Shown here: in pieces, positions 37,072 to 50,171 of the stretch
How the letters are laid out: each line of letters begins with the position of its first letter
How positions within the stretch are numbered: position 1 is the stretch's first letter
DNA from: Octopus bimaculoides
Lineage: Eukaryota
Reading direction: 5' to 3'
Length of the DNA stretch: 53,995 nt
Assembly: GCF_001194135.2 (NCBI RefSeq)
Contig: NC_068985.1
Span: 15,675,618 to 15,729,612 of the forward strand
Position numbers and translations under genes: made by a program
The notes under the pieces: generated by a model
The model's database searches: none
What the model was told of the DNA's origin: nothing
What the model saw: only the letters and a program-made list of their open reading frames with translations

Positions 37072-37373
37072 GTGAAGGTGCGTGGCTTAGTGGTTAGGGT
37101 ATTCCGCTGACGATCGTAAGGTCGTGAGATCAATTCCCGGTGACGCGTTGTGTCTTTGAGCAAGACGCTTTATTTCACGTTGCACCAGTTCACTCAGCTG
37201 GCAAAAGTGTACCTGTATTTCACATTCACTGTCACGGTGAATCTCCCTGAGAATTACGTTAAGGGTACACGTGTCTGTACAGTGCTCAGACACTTGAACG
37301 TTAATTTCACGAGAAGGCTGTTCTGTTGATCGGATCAACTGGAACCCTCGTCGTCGTAACCGACGGAGTGCCA
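37072..37373 (+). mobile_element. Chimeric SINE: family E head/core with family B tail
   Basis: gtgaaggtgcgtggcttagtggttagg head, ttgagcaagacgctt...cactcagctgg core, then B tail ...gttgatcggatcaactggaacc...gacggagtgcca. Confidence 0.85.
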
Positions 37374-39099
37374 AGAAGATATATATATATATATATATAN
37401 NNNNNNNNNNNNNNNNNNNNNNNNNNNNNNNNNNNNNNNNNNNNNNNNNNNNNNNNNNNNNNNNNNNNNNNNNNNNNNNNNNNNNNNNNNNNNNNNNNNN
37501 NNNNNNNNNNNNNNNNNNNNNNNNNNNNNNNNNNNNNNNNNNNNNNNNNNNNNNNNNNNNNNNNNNNNNNNNNNNNNNNNNNNNNNNNNNNNNNNNNNNN
37601 NNNNNNNNNNNNNNNNNNNNNNNNNNNNNNNNNNNNNNNNNNNNNNNNNNNNNNNNNNNNNNNNNNNNNNNNNNNNNNNNNNNNNNNNNNNNNNNNNNNN
37701 NNNNNNNNNNNNNNNNNNNNNNNNNNNNNNNNNNNNNNNNNNNNNNNNNNNNNNNNNNNNNNNNNNNNNNNNNNNNNNNNNNNNNNNNNNNNNNNNNNNN
37801 NNNNNNNNNNNNNNNNNNNNNNNNNNNNNNNNNNNNNNNNNNNNNNNNNNNNNNNNNNNNNNNNNNNNNNNNNNNNNNNNNNNNNNNNNNNNNNNNNNNN
37901 NNNNNNNNNNNNNNNNNNNNNNNNNNNNNNNNNNNNNNNNNNNNNNNNNNNNNNNNNNNNNNNNNNNNNNNNNNNNNNNNNNNNNNNNNNNNNNNNNNNN
38001 NNNNNNNNNNNNNNNNNNNNNNNNNNNNNNNNNNNNNNNNNNNNNNNNNNNNNNNNNNNNNNNNNNNNNNNNNNNNNNNNNNNNNNNNNNNNNNNNNNNN
38101 NNNNNNNNNNNNNNNNNNNNNNNNNNNNNNNNNNNNNNNNNNNNNNNNNNNNNNNNNNNNNNNAGAGCCAGCCCTACGTGCATGGGTAAAGAATTATGGT
38201 AAAGCACAAGATAACCTTCTTTTTGAGAACTTTTAATTAAAATTTGGATTCCGAGCAGGTGACTGGTCAAAATATACTTTAAAACACCGATCAGAAAGAT
38301 GACACACATACATACATACATACATACATACATACATACATACATACATACATACATACATACATACATACATACATACGTACGTACGTTCGTAAGTACG
38401 TACTACATACATACAAACCAACACGATTGTCAAGCGGTGTGAGGCCAAACACAGCTATAAAGACAAACATGTCTATACGAAAGCTTTCACACAGTTTCCA
38501 TCTAGCAAATTCCCTTACAAGGTTATGCTCGACTCGAGGCTATAGCAGATACACAAGTATATGCATGAAAAGACACACAAAACAAAACATACAAATCTGT
38601 ACGTATACATACATACATACATACATGCACATCCTCTTTCTCTCACACACACATGTGCATGCCTGCATCTATCCATCAATCCTTATATGCATACTGCCAT
38701 TGGACAGTCGGATGCACTGCAAAGAATGAAAGACGGAAAGACATGAAATCAATAAATGAAACAGTAAAGGCTAATAACGGAAATCGAAATTTCAAGGACA
38801 AAGAGAGCGAATGTGGAATTACTTCTGACCAGATTTTACACAGTCATAAACGAATGTAAATAAATAGGAGAAACGAGTGTAAATAGACATTACAAGCAGG
38901 ACTGTAACATGACATATAAATAAGCACTTCATCAGCCTTCATCTAAAGACACTGTCGTTTCGAACTTTTCTGAGGGGGACATTGCTTCTCTAGTAGTGTT
39001 CGACAGCTCTAACTGGAACTATTAAGGATGAATATTAGAGAACAACGCGATTAATATGTAAGTATGTATGCATGCATACATACGTACATTCTACTTGTT

Positions 39100-39840
39100 G
39101 GCTTTGAAGTTCGATATGAAATCCTTAAGAATTTGGAGAAGCTTTCTGTTCTTATAAATTATCATCTAATGACTCTACGTTTACACCTGAGAGGTAGGCA
39201 GTTTGCTACTTTAATAATTGCCTATGCACCTACTTTGACCAGTTGTGATGAAGATAAAGCTATTTTCTATACCCAACTGAGAGCCATACATAGGAAAATC
39301 CTCAATTTTGATAAAGTCATTCTACTGGGGGATTTCAATGCCAGGGATGAAACAGAGTTGCAGACGAGGAACTCTCTTGGACGTTTTGGTAGTGGGAAGA
39401 TGAATGGCAATGGTCTCATGCTTCTGGAGCTTTGCGAAGAATACGGACTTTACATCGCAAGCATTCACTTTATGCACAGAGGTGACCACACAATAACGTG
39501 GATGCACCCAAAGTCTAAAGATTGCCACTTGCTGGATTATGTTATCATTGGCAAATATGAAATCTTTGGCATTTGTAATGTCAAGTCCTTTCATGGTTCG
39601 GAGTACTGGAGGGACCACAACCTGGCGCGAGCAAAGTTCCAGATGATGATCAGAATGAAAGAAAGAAGAGGGACAGTTGGCATTCCTCGGCGACTGAATG
39701 TCCATAAAATATATGATACTGTGGTGAGGAAAGAGCTCCACAGTCGTTTATCCAGCACTGTAAACACTACAGCGTGGGAAGATTTTCGAGGCCAGGTTTT
39801 TCAATGTGTTACTGAAACACTGGGATATGCTACTGCTAGA
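39100..39840 (+). pseudogene. RTE-clade LINE apurinic endonuclease (APE) fragment
   Basis: ORF 39064-40086 contains IIAYAPT, VILLGDFNAR, GRFGSGKMNGNGLMLLELC, TWMHPKSKDCHLLDYVI and DHNL; N-terminus and RT absent; runs into (CT)n. Confidence 0.88.
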
Positions 39841-39995
39841 CATCTCTCTCTGTCTTACTCACACTCTCTGTCTCTCTCTGTAATTCCCCTCTCTCTCTAT
39901 TTTCTCTCACTCTGTCTCCTGCTTCTCTCACTCTCTGTCTCTTTCTCACTCTCTGTTTCTCTCTTACTGTCTCTCTCTCTGTCTCTCTTTCTGTC

Positions 39996-40057
<62 letters not shown>

Positions 40058-40675
40058 CCACCTACTTTTCAGTTCTTTTTTACTAGTGTTTTGTACCGTA
40101 ATTAATTTTCTGAAGTCTCTCCCTGAATTCGCGCCTTTTCTCTCCTTTCGGCTTCTTTCGTTTTCACATTCCTTTCATCTAACAGCTTCTATCAAACCTT
40201 CTCTATTCCTCTTGTTTTCCCTTTTTACCTCACACTAATTCCCGCTCTCACTCCTCGCATCCACGCTTTCCTCACGCACACTTAACGATTACACAACCCA
40301 CACCCACTTAAGTATGCAGAAAGATATATGTGTGTGTGTGAGCGCGTGGTGTATTTGTGTGTGTGTGTGTGTGTGTATGTGTGTGTGTGTGTGTGTGTGT
40401 GCAACTGAAATAACAAAGTAAAAGGCAAAAATGTAATGTATCTCTCTGAAGCTGAAACACTCAGAAAGCTTTCTCACAGAGATTTATTGCTTTTTCCCCG
40501 CTTTCTCTTGTGTGTGTGTATGTCTCTTAGCTACATAGAAGACATATTGAGAAGAGCGGGATAGAGAGGGAGAATGAGAGAGAGGGGGGAGGGAGAAAAT
40601 GAGAGAATGAGATAAAGCGATTGAGAGAAATAGTAGATTTTAATCCCGTGACCTCAGTGTTGTAATAGTTAGTGC

Positions 40676-41053
40676 GGAGGCGCAATGGCTCCGTGGTTAG
40701 GACAGCGAACTCACGGTCGTAGGATCGCGGTTTCGATTCCCAGACCGGGCGTTGTGAGTGCTTATTGAGCGAAAACCCCTAAAGCTCCACGTGGCTCCGG
40801 CAGGAGTGGTATTGAACCCTGCTGTACTCTTTCACCACAACTTCCTCTCACACTTTCTTCCTGTTTCTGTTATACTTGTATTATAAAGAGCCAGCCTTGT
40901 CACACTCTGTATCACGCTGAATGTCCCTGGGAACTACGTTAAGGGTATACGTTTCTGTGGAGTGCTCAGCCACTTGCCCGTTAATTTCACGAGCAGGCTG
41001 TTCCGTTGATTGGATCAACTGGAACCCTCGTCGTCGCAACCGACGGAGTGCCA
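40676..41053 (+). mobile_element. SINE family B, full length
   Basis: Head to tail match with 12936-13312; aatagtta-like repeats on both flanks. Confidence 0.9.
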
Positions 41054-41139
41054 CAAATAGTTAAAGTTAGTGTCGGAATCAGTTATATTGTTGCTGTTGT
41101 TAATTCCGAGCTGATTCTGTTGGAGGAGACCTTTGATTG

Positions 41140-41477
41140 AGACCCCCTTCGGTCATGACTGACCATGGGATTGCACCTAGAAAGTTACCCTCCCAGGCAC
41201 AAGTCCGGGCAAGGTTGTTTATGGAAGACCAGCAATCTCCCATGCATACTCGCTTCCCCTCTCCACGCTACCAGTGTTACCCAAGGGAAAGGCAAAGGGG
41301 CCGATACAGCTTGGCACCTGTGACGTTGCAACTCATTTCTACAGCTGAGTGGACTGGAGCAACGTGAAAAAAAGTGTCTTGCCCAAGAACACAACACGCA
41401 GCCCGGTCCGGGATTCGAACTCACAACCTCACGATCGTAAGCTCGACGCTCTAACTACTGAGCCATGCACCTTCACA
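41140..41477 (-). mobile_element. SINE family E, full length
   Basis: Minus: gtgtgaaggtgcatggctcagtagttagagcg (A box), gagttcgaatccc (B box), ttgggcaagacactt core, distinct tail ...aatcccatggtcagtcatgaccg. Confidence 0.88.
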
Positions 41478-41579
41478 CCTTTGATTAAATAAACAAATAA
41501 AAGCAACCATCCATATTCATACCACTCTTTGTCCAAGTTTTGCATGCTTGCTGTTGTTGTTTGTTTCTTCTCGTACCAT

Positions 41580-41846
41580 GCCTGGCTCTTAAAGGCCGGT
41601 TTCCGGTTTCATTGGCATATAGGTTCCCCACCTGGACGGGACGCCAGTCCGTAGCAGGTGAGCTGCTAGATGCAGGAGGAAAGAGTGAGAGAAAGTTGTG
41701 GCGAAAGAGTCAGCAGAAGTTCGCCATTACCTTCTGAGAGAGCCGGTGTTTCGCTCATAAATACACACATCGCCAGGTCTGAGATTCGATCCTGCAATCC
41801 TTTGACCACGTGTCTGCTGTCCTAACCGTTAGGCCATGTTCCTTCA
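41580..41846 (-). mobile_element. SINE with family B-type head and alternative tail
   Basis: B-like gagagaaagttgtggcgaaagag segment joined to minus-strand gactggcgtcccgtccagg...gaaaccgg tail. Confidence 0.7.
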
Positions 41847-42696
41847 CATTGCATACTTAGCACTATGTTATCCAATATGCTGTTAAAGTAGTAAGTAGTT
41901 AATTAAGGGAGATTTGACTGTTATTTCTAGTTCATCGAGATACCAGACAGAGAAAAAGATGAGAAGTTAGGGACGGGACGGGGAAAGAGAGATAAGGAGT
42001 GAAGACAAAAATTTTCTCAGTATTTTATTCAGCAACGAAATCCAGCATCACATCTCAAGAGCTCACATCCTTCACTCCACCCAACACCGGCAATAGACTT
42101 CAGGATTACAAAGAAATTTAATGTATGATTTGTCACGGGAGGCATGACATTGTTCTCCATTGAAATCGAACAATTACTTCACATGAATATTTGTCCGACA
42201 TTAGTTTCACCTGCTAGTTCAACTAAATTCTCTCCCCCTTTCTCTTCCATTACATTTTTATCGTTTACACTTCTTATACCTTCTACTTGTCGTTGTCCTT
42301 AATCCTTATTTTATTCCTCCTCAGTCCATAGTTCTACAGCATGTTTAAATCCTTTGACAATATCAATGAGAAATTTAAGTCAGTTCACGTGATCCATAAT
42401 TTACATTTCACACTAAGTAGATTAGTTACGGCTAAACGGTTACAATGTTGGCTCTAAGTTCGACTCAAATGTCCATTGCAGTTGAAATATTAACCTTAAA
42501 TTTCTTACTCCAATCATTTTCAATGGCGTTCTGGTAAAATGAGCAGGAAAGTGTAAATAACACTTCCCTGCTCATTTCATGACGTAACACAGGCACTTTA
42601 TTTTAACTATTTATCTACCGAGAGGTAATATCTATCTTCACTTAAACGTGGTGTTCTGTTTGAACAAACTATACTGTCTGTCTATCTATCTATCTT

Positions 42697-42883
42697 ATTT
42701 CTTTATTGCCACAAGGGGCTAAACATAGAGGGGACAAACAAGGACAGATAAATGGATTAAGTCGATTACATCGACCCCAGCGAGTAACTAGTACTTAATT
42801 TATCGATCCCGAAAGGATGAAAGGCAAAGTCAACCTCGGCGGAATTTGAACTCAGAACGTAACGGCAGACGAAATGCCGCTAA

Positions 42884-42885
<2 letters not shown>
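42697..42885 (-). mobile_element. SINE family D (A head/core, alternative tail), cut by (AG)n
   Basis: ttctttattgccacaaggggctaaacatagaggggac tail plus A core. Confidence 0.88.
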
Positions 42886-42963
<78 letters not shown>

Positions 42964-44178
42964 CGAGTTCAGTGAGTTTAGCTGCCGTAGGGGCGCTGAG
43001 ACGTTAGATTCTATATTTCTGATTGAACCTGTCGAACTCTTCTGGTCACTTAACCGTCTACACAATGGTCACTTCCATTGCAATTTAACCATATTTCTGT
43101 ATGCATGTACTTCTTACCCACGGTTAAATTACGAATATTAACAACTATAGACAAGCTATGTGAAGGCGCGTGACCTAGTAGTTAGCGTGTGGCACTCAAG
43201 AATACAAGACCGTGGTTTCGATCCTTGTACCAGGCAGTGGGTTGCACTTTTGAGGAAAAACACTTCTTTTCAAGTTGCTCCAGTCCATGAGCAATTCTGT
43301 AAATGAGTAATTCTGCAACGGATTGATGTCTCGTTCGCGAAAACTTGTTGTCAAGTTAAGAAACACACTCTACCAAATAAACTCAAGACGAAGAACGGTG
43401 TTGTAAGTCGACTGATCGCCAAGTTATGCCTGAGTTTAGAAGGAGACAAGTAATTAGATAGATCTGCATCTACACCTATTACCGGATTTTGTTAGGGTTC
43501 CATATGGTAAAGATGTAGATGGGAAAAATGGGGGTAAAGCGTGATGTGCTAGCAACCCTCTCCCCTTACTGCTTTACAAAGTAATCAACACAGATAACTA
43601 CGCAGAGGCAGCCATGGTTGAAACAAGAACAAGAACAACAATCATTATTAAAAGAGAAAAGAAGCATGGTCATTCCATATCCAAGTGACCTTATCTTATC
43701 GCCCATCACTTATGCGCTCATAAATTAGTTTGATAGTTGAGCTCTGATTGGCTGTATGCAAATGAGTTCATAACTAGGGTCCGTTCTCTCGCAGGAAAAG
43801 AAAATTTCACGTCCCGTTCAAGAGATTGCTGTGATCTCGGTTACTTATACGCTATGGAAAGTGGGAAAGCGACCGAAGGCTCAGACGGAGACAGTAATGC
43901 CCATAGGACTTACTTTCTCTACAAGCAAGCTTCACACCTTATCAAAGGGCAAGCATCAACGTGACTTGCTTGGATGGCATCGTAGGAATAAAAGAATCCA
44001 TGTATATCTGACTAGATCTGCATGCTACTAGTTTGTTATTCAGCCCCAGTCCTCACCTATCGAGTAGACTTTAAACAAAGGCGTTCCAGTCATGGCCATA
44101 CCTCTTTTCGTCCATGTTTAAAAGCCATCTGATTGCATGTAACAGCAGATCGAGTTAATCCGTAGAGGCTTTCTTATT

Positions 44179-44557
44179 CTTTTCTACTCTAGGCACAAGG
44201 CCAGAAATCGATTAGATTGACCCCAGTACGCAACTGGTACTTAATTTATCGACCCCAATAGGATAATTGGCAAAGTCGACCTCGGCGGAATTTGAACTCA
44301 GAACGTAAAGACAGACTAAATACCTATTTCTTTACTGCCCACAAGGGGCTACACACAGAGGGGACAAACAAGGACAGACAAACGGATTAAATCGATTATA
44401 TCGACTCCAGTGCGTAACTGGTACTTAATTTATCGACCCCGAAAGGATGAAAGGCAAAGTCGACCTCGGCGGAATTTGAACTCAGAACGTAAAGACAGAC
44501 TAAATACCGCTAAGCATTTCGCCCGGCGTGCTAACGTTTCTGCCACCTCGTCGCCTT
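44179..44557 (-). mobile_element. D-A chimeric SINE with 17-bp TSD
   Basis: gtagaggctttcttatt at 44162-44178 and 44558-44574. Confidence 0.88.
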
Positions 44558-45167
44558 GTAGAGGCTTTCTTATTGACTTGTAAGTTTGCGTGTTGTTGCT
44601 GTTGTTTGCCTGGGAAGTCCTCATTGATGAGCTCTATGTAAAACATTCCATCCATTCTTTTCCATATCCAGGATAGCACAGTCCAGGGTGTGATCTGAGG
44701 GAATTTAGGCACTATTACTTGCAAGTCGAATAACCACACACATAAATGCATTCCGCGGTCATTCTGGGTCTTTGATGTTAGTGTGTATCTGGCTAAAATC
44801 AAGGAATTGATTAAGAATATAGAAAATACCGCTGAGTAAGATGTCGAACATGCCAAATAAAATTTCTTTCGGTCTTTTCTTCGGTTCTTTTCTGTCAGTG
44901 TATTGGAATAAACAACTCCATATTTATTGAAATGGTAACATAGAGATAACAGCATTAGAAACAATAAATAGACTGATGCCAACACGTAGTAATCTGATTA
45001 GCAACAATTCTAGTAGCTGTATGGAATTTGTTAACAGCATTTAGCCATCCAAAATACGCACACACACACATGCACACACACACACGCACACGCACACGCG
45101 CGCGCGCACAGACATACACGTATATGTAAATGTACATGTACATGTACACACACACACAGACACACAG

Positions 45168-45215
<48 letters not shown>

Positions 45216-46451
45216 TCTGCAAAATAGGGGTAGCTTATCCTGTTCAGGCTATATTATTAGCATTATCCTGCGTTTGAGAATTTAAAAATCGCTTCTTTAA
45301 CTTTCTAAGACATCTCAACGGTTCTAAAAGCAAACTTTGTTTGGCTTAGTGGTTAGGGTGTTGTACTCGTGATCCCTACATCATGATTTCAATTCTTAGA
45401 CCGAGTGGTGCGTTGTGTTCTTGAGCAAAACGCTTCATCCCACGTTGCTCTTCGACACCTGACGCGTGGTACACAATGCACCAGTTCAGACGAAGTCGAT
45501 TTGATTGAGAGAGTGAGCTACTGTGTGGCACGAACATATAATCACTATAAACAAATTATTTGTGATGGTCGTTTAGCAAAAGTCGAACTTAAAATGAGGA
45601 TTATTTCGCACGTTAACTGATACAGAATAACTACAAAATTACTTATGTGAGTTAAATGTCTCCAGTGTATTCCGAAATCGTCTGCCTTATAATAACATTC
45701 TGTAATTGATACGAAATTTATACGAAAACTTTATCGCAAAAGCTAAATCCAAATAGCCATGCTCTAAGAAAGCGAAAACTACCGAGAAAAACATCAATAT
45801 GGATTTCTCTTATTTCTTTATGCTACCAAACAACCAAGCAATGAACCGTCTAAGAAAATTCAAATTATCTTTATTATACGATTCTACGAATTTTTATTGG
45901 AAAGTTGATACTAGTCTCTACAAATCTAGTCAATGAATGAATTTATTTCCCGAAGCGATAAAACATTGCAGTTGGAGAATGTTGTACTCGTTCGTTGTTG
46001 GCCGTGAGGAAGAAAATAGAGAAAGTATAGAATGCAATTAAATAAAACCAGATGTATTTTCTTTAAATCTTGTATATTCTCTTTAATGCTAAAATAAATC
46101 ATGACTTGTAAAAACATCAATGACATCAACAGAAGAAACTTTTCTTTGACTACTTCGAGCGCAACCAATCCAACTCCAAAGAGTATAAGAAAACAATATA
46201 AGCTAATAGAAAATTTGTTAGCATGTGGATAATAATTATAATCATACACACACACACACATGCGCGCATACAGACATATGTATACGTTTAACTACTATCC
46301 TACTATATATGTGTGTGTATGTATGTATGTATGTATGTATCTATCTTTCAGTCAATCTGTCTATCTATCTATCTATCTATCTATCTATTCCCGACACATC
46401 TCTTTCTCTCTCCGTTATTTGTTTCTCTCCCTCCATTTTTCCCTCTCATCC

Positions 46452-46487
46452 TTTTCTGTTGAAGAGCATGAGCACGAAACGTCAAAG
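46452..46487 (+). ncRNA. Hammerhead-like motif with variant core CUGUUGA
   Basis: tttt CTGTTGA a gagc atga gcac GAA ACGT C aaag; A6 is U, stem II has one mismatch. Confidence 0.3.
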
Positions 46488-46622
46488 ACCTTTCCATTTG
46501 ACCCGAGCGTCAAACTAATACAACTGCTGGTTGTTCCCTCACTTGTCTTTGTCTTTTCTTTGAACTTTTGAATCATATATATATATATATATATATATAT
46601 ANNNNNNNNNNNNNNNNNNNNN

Positions 46623-46670
<48 letters not shown>

Positions 46671-48188
46671 AACTGATTAAACGTAAGGCCGAATTGTTCA
46701 CCGTTGTCAAAGTCACCACTCTAATCCACTTTTCACAAATTCATTCGCCAGTGGAATGGAATTTTCAATTCAATTTCAGTCTTTGTTTAAGTTGGTACAT
46801 GGACAATACATGCAGGAAAAACCTAACGGCAATAACGGCAAATTGCATTCATCTCATCTACCTTAATAGATTAAATAGATACAGAAAATTTTCGTGGCCT
46901 TTCTTTTTATGTCTGAAAAGAAAAGAAAAAAAAAGGAAGGAAGGAAGAATAAGACAGCAGAATGTATTCATAATGTAACCTGACGCTATTTCCGTAAAAT
47001 TTCGGAGACATCAAACCACCTGAATGATTCGATAAAACGCTGTCAAAATGACCCTTGAAATGAAATTCATTAAGAAGAGATCATAGATAATAATTCATGT
47101 TACACAATAAACTTATTGGAACTGACGACTCCACTTTTTCGTACCTTCTCCGCGGTCTATATACAATCGAGTTTGATCCTTGAAAGCTGATAGTTAAGTG
47201 ACTGATAAATATTTACAGATCATTGACTCCGGAAATTAGATAATTGTATTCTCACGGTTATCCAATGTTTTGCGTGAAAAGTGATTGAATATATTTACTT
47301 TTCCATAAAGCAATTAATGAATAAATACGTGGTTAACATTATGTGGATATATAAATGAGCCGTTAATGAAAACTGATAGCTCGTTAATACCTTCGAACAT
47401 AAGCCATCTAACAAAACTATCATGTGTGTGTGTGTGTGTGTGTGTGCGTACGTGCGTGCGTTTATACGTGTCTGCATGTACATATACTTATATAGAAGTG
47501 TTTTATATATGTATGTATGTACACGTACACACACACACACAAACATAAACAAGCTAATAAGAGATTATTTTCAAGAAAATTCAGCAAACGCGTTTGCTGA
47601 ATGTTCTTGAGAACAATCTCTTCTTAGTGGTCAGACCATAGGCGGTCTACTTCTAGCATAATGGATGTCCACTTAGTGGTTATCCCTCATATGTGTACAT
47701 ATATATATATATATATATANNNNNNNNNNNNNNNNNNNNNNNNNNNNNNNNNNNNNNNNNNNNNNNNNNNNNNNNNNNNNNNNNNNNNNNNNNNNNNNNN
47801 NNNNNNNNNNNNNNNNNNNNNNNNNNNNNNNNNNNNNNNNNNNNNNNNNNNNNNNNNNNNNNNNNNNNNNNNNNNNNNNNNNNNNNNNNNNNNNNNNNNN
47901 NNNNNNNNNNNNNNNNNNNNNNNNNNNNNNNNNNNNNNNNNNNNNNNNNNNNNNNNNNNNNNNNNNNNNNNNNNNNNNNNNNNNNNNNNNNNNNNNNNNN
48001 NNNNNNNNNNNNNNNNNNNNNNNNNNNNNNNNNNNNNNNNNNNNNNNNNNNNNNNNNNNNNNNNNNNNNNNNNNNNNNNNNNNNNNNNNNNNNNNNNNNN
48101 NNNNNNNNNNNNNNNNNNNNNNNNNNNNNNNNNNNNNNNNNNNNNNNNNNNNNNNNNNNNNNNNNNNNNNNNNNNNNNNNNNNNNNNN

Positions 48189-48227
<39 letters not shown>

Positions 48228-48237
48228 TTCTTTTTTT

Positions 48238-48660
48238 CCTCTTATTCTTTATTTGTTCAGTCATTTGACTGAGGCCATGCTGGAGCACGACCTTTAGTCG
48301 GAAAAATCGACCCAGGACTTATTCTTTGTCAGCCTAGTACTTATTCTATCGGTCTCTTTTACCGAACTGTTAAGTTACGAGGACGTAAACACACCATCAT
48401 CGGTGGTCAGTTGTCAAGCAATGGTGGCGGGGGCGGGGGACAAACACAGACACGAGCACAGACACACAAGCACACACACACATATAAACATATATACGAC
48501 GGGCTTCTTTCAGTTTCCGTGTACCAAATCCACTCACAAGGCTCTGGTCAGCCCGAGGTTATAATAGAAGACACTTGCCTAAGGTACCACGCAGTGGGAC
48601 TGAACCCAGAACCATGTGGCTGGTAAGCAAGTTACTTATTACACAGCTACTCCTGCGCCT
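48238..48660 (-). mobile_element. SINE family C, full length
   Basis: From tail (gttcagtcatttgactgaggccatgctggagcac) to head (cacagctactcctgcgcc). Confidence 0.92.
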
Positions 48661-49255
48661 ATGTATAAATATTTTTTCCAACAAGTAAAAATAGAATCTT
48701 TCTCAAGAATCCAAGAATCCCTCGCAGTAATTCTCTACGCCACACACAATTCTAACATCTCAAAATGAAACTTGCTACCTTGAACAATCGCTAAAAGTGA
48801 CACGGCTATATTGTGACAACAAATAATATTTGTTGCATGTGACAAGAAATACATTACGAGTATCAGTGGCTGTGGAATACTCAACTACATGAAACACTAA
48901 ACCAGTGAGTAAATGATCCCGTTGATCAAACAACAGGAACAACTTGTGAAAACTGGTTCGAGATCTATCGTTCCTCTGTAAAAGACTGGACTGAAGATAC
49001 AGCAGCGAAAATTACAAGTAGCCTATTCAGCAATAAATTTTGATGACAGATTTGTCATAAAATTATATCAAATTGAAGCTATCTTAGATATTTATATAAC
49101 CTGCATAATACATAAGAGGAATTTTGATTTAAAAGAAAATATTTTGCAGTTAAATTTCAATATATCAGTAATTAATAACTGTTTGTCATTCTCCCAAACG
49201 GTTTAACTGTCAAAACATAGTAATTTATGTTTTCAATACTTTTGGAGAGAAAAAA

Positions 49256-49902
49256 GGCGGTGAGCTGGCGGAATGCATAGCGGTATTTCGTCTGTCTTCA
49301 CGTTCTGAGTTCAAATTATGCAGAGGTTGAGTTTGCCTTTCATCCTTTCGGGTCGATAAATTAAGTACCATTTGCGTACTGGGGTTGATCCAATTGATTG
49401 GCCCCCTTCTCCACAAATTTCGGGCCTTTTGCCTAGAGTAGAAAATAATATTTTTGGAGAGAAAAAGGCGGCGAACTGGCAAAATGCTTAGCGGTATTTC
49501 GTCTGTCTTTGTGTTCTGAGTTCAAATTCCACCGAGGTCAACTTTGCATTTCCTCCTTTCGGGGTCGATTAAATAAGTACCAGCTACGCACTGGGGTCGA
49601 TCTAATCGACTTAATCCCTTTCTCTGTCTTTGTTTGTCCCCTCTATGTTTAGCTCCTTGTGGGCAATAAAGAAATAGATATTTTTGGAGAAGGCGGCAAG
49701 CCGGCAGAAACGTTAGCACGCCGGGCGAAATGCTTAGCGGTATTTCGCCTGTCTTTACGTTCTGAGTTCAAATTCCGCCGAGGTCGACTTTGCCTTTTAT
49801 CCTTTCGGGGTCGATAAATTAAGTAACAGTTGCGTACTGGTGTCGATCTAATCGACTGCCCCTACCCCAAAATTTCTGGCCTTGTGCCTAAAATAGAAAA
49901 GA
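49256..49902 (+). mobile_element. Stack of three SINEs (A, D, A)
   Basis: Starts at 49256, 49469 and 49692, each preceded by an atatttttggaga-like spacer. Confidence 0.92.
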
Positions 49903-50138
49903 ATATTTTAGGAGTGAGATGTTATACAGCCACCACACACACGCGCGCACATACACACACATACACATACACGCATACACATACACGATGTTTATACAGG
50001 GATATCATATGACACATATACACCTATATTCATGTACCCCTATGTGAGTGCATGTATGCGTCAGTATATGTTTATACATACATACCTGCATACATACGTT
50101 TATGTATACACACACACATGTATATACATATATATGTT

Positions 50139-50171
<33 letters not shown>

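Noticed and set aside
41400-41477. tRNA-like sequences with A and B boxes (also 13240-13312, 21297-21365, 40676-40745)
   Set aside because: SINE heads: no closed acceptor stem and directly continuous with SINE bodies.
42000-42420. Stop-interrupted minus-strand peptide (FLIDIVKGFKHAVELW...GENLVELAGETNV)
   Set aside because: Looks like an old transposase relic but I recognise no diagnostic motif.
43440-43640. GC-richer segment ending in aagaac repeats, possible LINE 3' end
   Set aside because: No recognisable RT residues in any frame.
48982-49015. CTGAAGA...GAAAATTA
   Set aside because: No 10.1-11.1 pair and no stem I.
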